Below are positions 60,568 through 64,000 of a stretch of 64,000 nucleotides of DNA, piece by piece. Numbering within the stretch: position 1 is the stretch's first letter; each line of letters begins with the position of its first letter. A model generated the notes under the pieces. The model saw only the letters and a list, made by a program, of their open reading frames with translations, was not told where the DNA came from and ran no database searches. A program made the position numbers and the translations under genes. The stretch is from Watersipora subatra. Lineage: Eukaryota. The stretch is from NCBI RefSeq assembly GCF_963576615.1, contig NC_088716.1, positions 43,495,910-43,559,909 on the forward strand. The letters run 5' to 3'.

Positions 60568-60733
60568 ACAGATATAGCAACTCGTAAACTGCTGACCATG
60601 CATGGAGCACTCCACCAAAAATCTGACACTACTAGATTGTATCTTAATAGGAAAGATGGCGGTAGGGGATTCAAAAGTGTACAGCAGACAGTGAAAGAAG
60701 AGGAGCAAAGCATCAAAAGCATATGCAGCCTCC

Positions 60734-61585
60734 ATGGCCATTTCAGATAAGTTGCTAGCTGAATTTCAATCGGCTGCTCTTACAACGGACCTACGCCCTG
60801 ATGATGAGGAAATTGACTGGCACGCGAAACCTCTTCATGGTGGTTACCACCAACAAATATCTAAGGTTGGCGATCTTCACCAGACATATATGTGGCTGAA
60901 CAAAGGACACTTAACGGCCAATACAGAGTCGCTAATCATGGCAGCCCAGGAGCAAGTGCTCCCAACAAGGCAATTCCAAACAAAAATCTATCACACTAGG
61001 GACGATCCTAGATGCAGACTGTGCAAAGATGCGCCTGAGACCATTCAACACATCATCAGTGGATGCAAGCAGCTAGCAGGAAACGCATACACTGAGCGGC
61101 ATAATCATGTCGCAGGTGTTGTGTATAGAAGTCTATGTGATGAGTATGGCCTTAATAAACCACAACACCTGTGGGAAGCTCCTGGTAAGGTCAATAAAAA
61201 TGACCGCGCTAAGATCCTCTGGGACTTCTACATCCGAACTGACAAGCATGTCCTAGCAAACCAACCAGATATAGTGGTGGTAGACAAGAAAAACGAAAGG
61301 GCTACTTTAATAGATATAGCAGTACCCAATGACTACAATATAGCCAGCAAAGAAAAAGAAAAGGTAGAGAAATATCTCCCTCTTGGAGAAGAAATTGAAA
61401 AATGCTGGAATGTAAGAACAACTGTAATACCAGTAGTCATTGGGGCATTGGGCGCAATAACACCGGCGCATAAAATGTGGCTTGCCCAAATACCAACAAA
61501 AATCAACTCAGGTGAGTTGCAGAAAAGTGCGCTATTGGGAACAGCTAAGATCTTGAGGCGAGCGCTCAAACTCCCAGGTCTCTGA
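60734..61585 (+). CDS. C-terminal CCHC zinc-finger plus restriction-enzyme-like endonuclease (RLE) domain of the LINE. It is frameshifted relative to the RT.
   Basis: C-x2-C-x8-H-x4-C followed by RHNHV, then (Q)PDIVVVDKK...ATLIDIAVP...KEKEKVEKY, as in R2/R4/NeSL/HERO endonucleases. It lies +1/-1 out of frame from the RT ORF, which ends at 60567. Confidence 0.65.
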   Translation: MAISDKLLAEFQSAALTTDLRPDDEEIDWHAKPLHGGYHQQISKVGDLHQTYMWLNKGHLTANTESLIMAAQEQVLPTRQFQTKIYHTRDDPRCRLCKDAPETIQHIISGCKQLAGNAYTERHNHVAGVVYRSLCDEYGLNKPQHLWEAPGKVNKNDRAKILWDFYIRTDKHVLANQPDIVVVDKKNERATLIDIAVPNDYNIASKEKEKVEKYLPLGEEIEKCWNVRTTVIPVVIGALGAITPAHKMWLAQIPTKINSGELQKSALLGTAKILRRALKLPGL

Positions 61586-62056
61586 TAGGAGACCCGAATT
61601 GCAGCAGAAATTACCACCCATACGGGGTATCCGAGGTGAGGAAACAGTTTTTATATATATATATATATATATATAATCAATAAAACAGACTATAACTTTA
61701 GATAAAACACTTTATTACTATTAGTTCCATGCTTGGTAAAAGCAATCTTCAGATAAATGTCAGCACCAGTTTTGGTTACTTATATACAGCTAGAACTATT
61801 AAAATTACTAAAGGTTTATAGCTGGAAGGTTATGGATTCATAGAAGCATTAGGTTTTAAAGTTGGACAGTGGAAACTTGCTAGCATGTCTGCAGGCGCTG
61901 ACGAGTTCAGTGCGTATGTTTAATGAACTAAGGTGTGGCCTGTATATAATATATAAATTTTCTTGTAGACACAAAGTACAGTTTTAGAGCCATTGGCCAG
62001 CGGCATGGACTGCTCCAGTATTCTCCAGTTGATGGAATAGTTAGTGTTTGAATCCT

Positions 62057-62317
62057 TCAACCGCCATATGTGCTTGTGAGTTCAGTGGCAGTTATTTTAT
62101 TTTGTTGTGTAATTGACGCTTTGTGATTGTTATAGCGCGTTTTAAATGAAGTTTCTGTGAAGCCGATGTAGTTAGCTTCACCATCATGGGAGGTGACAGT
62201 GGCTTGGTAAATTATAGCAGGCTGTAAACATTTCCTCTGTAGTGGGCAGTTGGCTTTTACACGACAGTTGCAAGCATTTGCTGGTGAATTTTTCCTGGTA
62301 GATTCTTTACTTTTCAA
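62057..62317 (-). pseudogene. Fragment encoding a Cys-cluster plus GIY-YIG-like nuclease motif (CNCRVKANCPLQRKCLQPAIIYQATV...ANYIGFTETSFKTRYNNHKAS). It may be a Penelope-like-element endonuclease remnant.
   Basis: ORF 62057..62317 (-). It contains 'IIYQA' (GIY-like), 'YIGFTET' (YIG) and 'RYNNHK' (R..H), preceded by C-x-C-x5-C-x6-C. No RT-coding sequence is detectable upstream on the minus strand (62320-63000 is AT-rich repeat). Confidence 0.4.
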
Positions 62318-62739
62318 GAGTTTTAGGTTGTGCGAGTCGATGATGTTTCTTTATGTTTTTCATACAGCTGTAGCTGATTTTTAGAGTGTAAAAAACAGCT
62401 ATAGCTGTATGAAAAATGTAAAAAACATCATTATTATTAAGAAATTAGTGAATGCGCATGAGCTACTGACCACAAGACCATTGATGTAATGGTCATAGCT
62501 CGACATCAGGCTGTGTAGCTGCCGCCTTAGTTTATTTATAGCAACAGATATTACTCTATAGCCAGAAATATTGCTATATTTATAGGAATGCATTAATCTT
62601 CTTATAATTATCTATCTTATTCTAGAGATGAATGTGTTATTGAAATATTTAGAGCAAACCATAATATACACCTATTATTACTGGTATTTTTAATAAAGTA
62701 AAAATATGTATCAATTTAGCATACAGGACTTTGTAGACA

Positions 62740-63045
62740 AGTTAACTATTTCTGTATGTTTTCTGTATCTGCATGTATGTCTGTACCTACATGTATTTTT
62801 GTACCTACATGTATTTCTGAACCTATGTGTAATTTTGTACCTAAACGTATTTCCGTAACTATGAATATATCTGTTATACGCATAGGTACAGATATACGTT
62901 TGATCCTCTTTTCCAACTCGTATTTTTGTACCTACATTTATTTCTGTACCTGCATTTATTTCTGTACCTGCATATATTTCTGCACCTGCATATATGTCTG
63001 TACCTGCATATATGTCTGACGAACCTCTACTGTTGTTTCTATACA
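62740..63045. repeat. ~18-19-bp minisatellite (tctgtacctgcatatatt variants) arranged around a palindromic centre.
   Basis: The arms 'tgtacctacatgtat...' surround the palindrome 'gtaactatgaatatatctgttatacgcataggtacagatatacgtt'. Produces the artefactual ORFs 62711..63046 (-) and 62756..63019 (+). Confidence 0.85.
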
Positions 63046-64000
63046 ATCAATAAATAACTTTATTAATATTTGAATGTATTCAGTCAAAACTCGGTGAGTG
63101 AATTCTAGCCAGATAAAAAGAGTGATCTGTGGTAATGGGTCTCATGTTGGTCAACGCAAGTTTTTTTCGCAATCGCATACAAGTATCCAGTAAATTAAAA
63201 TTATTTAATGGGTGAGGTGTGTGTTTCGTTAAGTTTTTCAATTTCACAAAATGTAAAAGGTTCTTAGAAAAGCATTAAAGAAAAAGAAACATTGTGTTCT
63301 CTTCTTTGTATTTAATGGCTAAACTTTTGAACCTTGTGAGAGACATCTTTAAAAATGAACTTACAGATAATGTTAGTAAGTTTTATTAAAAATCATTATT
63401 AATTTTATTAATTATTATTAATTTTTCATAATTTGCGATTGGTTTTGACGCTTGAGGTAATCCGACTTGAAGATGTTTCAAGGTTAAAAACAATTGATTT
63501 TGATCATAGGAAAAACACTCAAACTCAAGTGAAACTGTGATTATGATGTTTATAGCTGCACTTCAGCAAACAGACCGACAGAATAGAGACACATAACGAT
63601 GCAACTTGAATGCAATAGACAATATCAATTATAGCAGAGACATCATTAGGGCGCATATTTTTCTTCCGAGCATGTAACCGCAAAGTTTTGTCGATTATAA
63701 TCTTGAAACATCCTGGCAGTCAAATCACATCAAACATCAAAAACGATTGCAGACGATAGAACTATATTGATACTTTCTAATAAGATCTACTAAAATTCGG
63801 TGTAAGTTTGTCTTTAACATGGACACAAGTACATGGTAATATGGATTTTAAAAGAAGAGTTATATGTGAATTAAAATATAAAAGCGTTCCATCTTTAAAC
63901 TAAACATTTTTCAGGGTATAATGTTATCACCATTCTTATCATTTCGACACAAACTTTCCAATTAATTATAGGACAATTTAAATCTTCCATGCATAGATTT

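Larger units (their letters stand above)
58290..61676 (+). mobile_element. Degenerate non-LTR retrotransposon of the R2 superfamily (RT + CCHC + restriction-like endonuclease), ending in a (TA)n tail.
   Basis: The frameshifted N-terminal ORFs (58462..58686, 58706..59026, 59050..59373) contain 'FWKDIWEKETTHN' and 'MKNWAAPGHDMIQAFW'. RT ORF 59449..60567 has QCDSLSPLLF and FYMDD. ORF 60734..61585 has 'CRLCKDAPETIQHIISGC...RHNHV' and 'QPDIVVVDKKNERATLIDIAVP...KVEKY', which match the R2-type CCHC and PD..D..K endonuclease. The 3' end is 'ttttatatatatatatatatataatc' at 61652-61676. The 5' limit is uncertain. Confidence 0.75.

Noticed and set aside
1-64000. A prokaryotic interpretation (operons, CRISPR, integrons), as the ORF track implies.
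   Set aside because: Spliced exons with GT..AG boundaries and consistent phases, LINE/MITE/Tc1 content, kilobase satellites and ~65% AT all indicate a eukaryotic nuclear genome. The tandem arrays have identical 'spacers' and are not CRISPR.

Overview
The window is not prokaryotic. It is AT-rich, repeat-dense eukaryotic nuclear DNA, most likely from an invertebrate animal, whose identity is not determinable from sequence alone. Coding sequence occurs as short exons with canonical GT..AG splice sites and consistent codon phases. The supplied ORF track behaves like a prokaryotic caller: many of its 'M' starts are really TTG or GTG codons, and its longest ORFs (372 to 485 aa at 54.1-56.5 kb, and the poly-Y/I/C ORFs at 23.6-24.0 and 43.0-43.7 kb) are artefacts of tandem repeats whose unit length is a multiple of 3. 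Supported content: (1) a minus-strand multi-exon gene with coiled-coil exons at 8258-1342; (2) two paralogous proline-rich (PPPLPP-type) coding exons, at 17928-18398 and 24722-25976, lying in a ~3.5 kb segmental duplication (17270-20700 versus 24720-30310) that has been rearranged and carries copy-specific transposon insertions; (3) three copies of a ~2.5-3 kb composite interspersed repeat, each ending in a 38-bp tandem array, two of them carrying nested TIR elements (one with TTAA target duplications, one with ~130-bp TIRs); (4) a hAT-like MITE with a perfect 8-bp target-site duplication and a matching empty site in the paralogous copy; (5) a large plus-strand spliced gene at 45468-~51000 with four phase-consistent introns. 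It encodes an N-terminal Cys/His-rich segment, a long central domain, a C-terminal PIN/FEN-like 5'-nuclease motif set (EEADTR, QDTDVF, GCDSxSxFxxKGKK) and a Cys-rich CXC-like tail. In this copy it is degraded by frameshifts and by in-frame TAA and TGA stops. This is the most interesting object in the window, a transposon-like or domesticated nuclease gene family; (6) a degenerate R2-superfamily (CCHC + restriction-like endonuclease) non-LTR retrotransposon at 58.3-61.7 kb with a (TA)n tail, two long perfect hairpins in its 5' region and a tRNA-like head upstream; (7) an internally deleted Tc1/mariner relic that retains only the transposase HTH; (8) a GIY-YIG-like fragment; (9) many satellite, minisatellite and microsatellite arrays, including a 2.3 kb array of 33-35-bp units and a ~900 bp polypurine tract. 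Several tRNA-like segments are present but look SINE-derived rather than functional tRNA genes. No rRNA and no CRISPR were seen. All identifications rest on motifs visible in the translations. No database search was possible.
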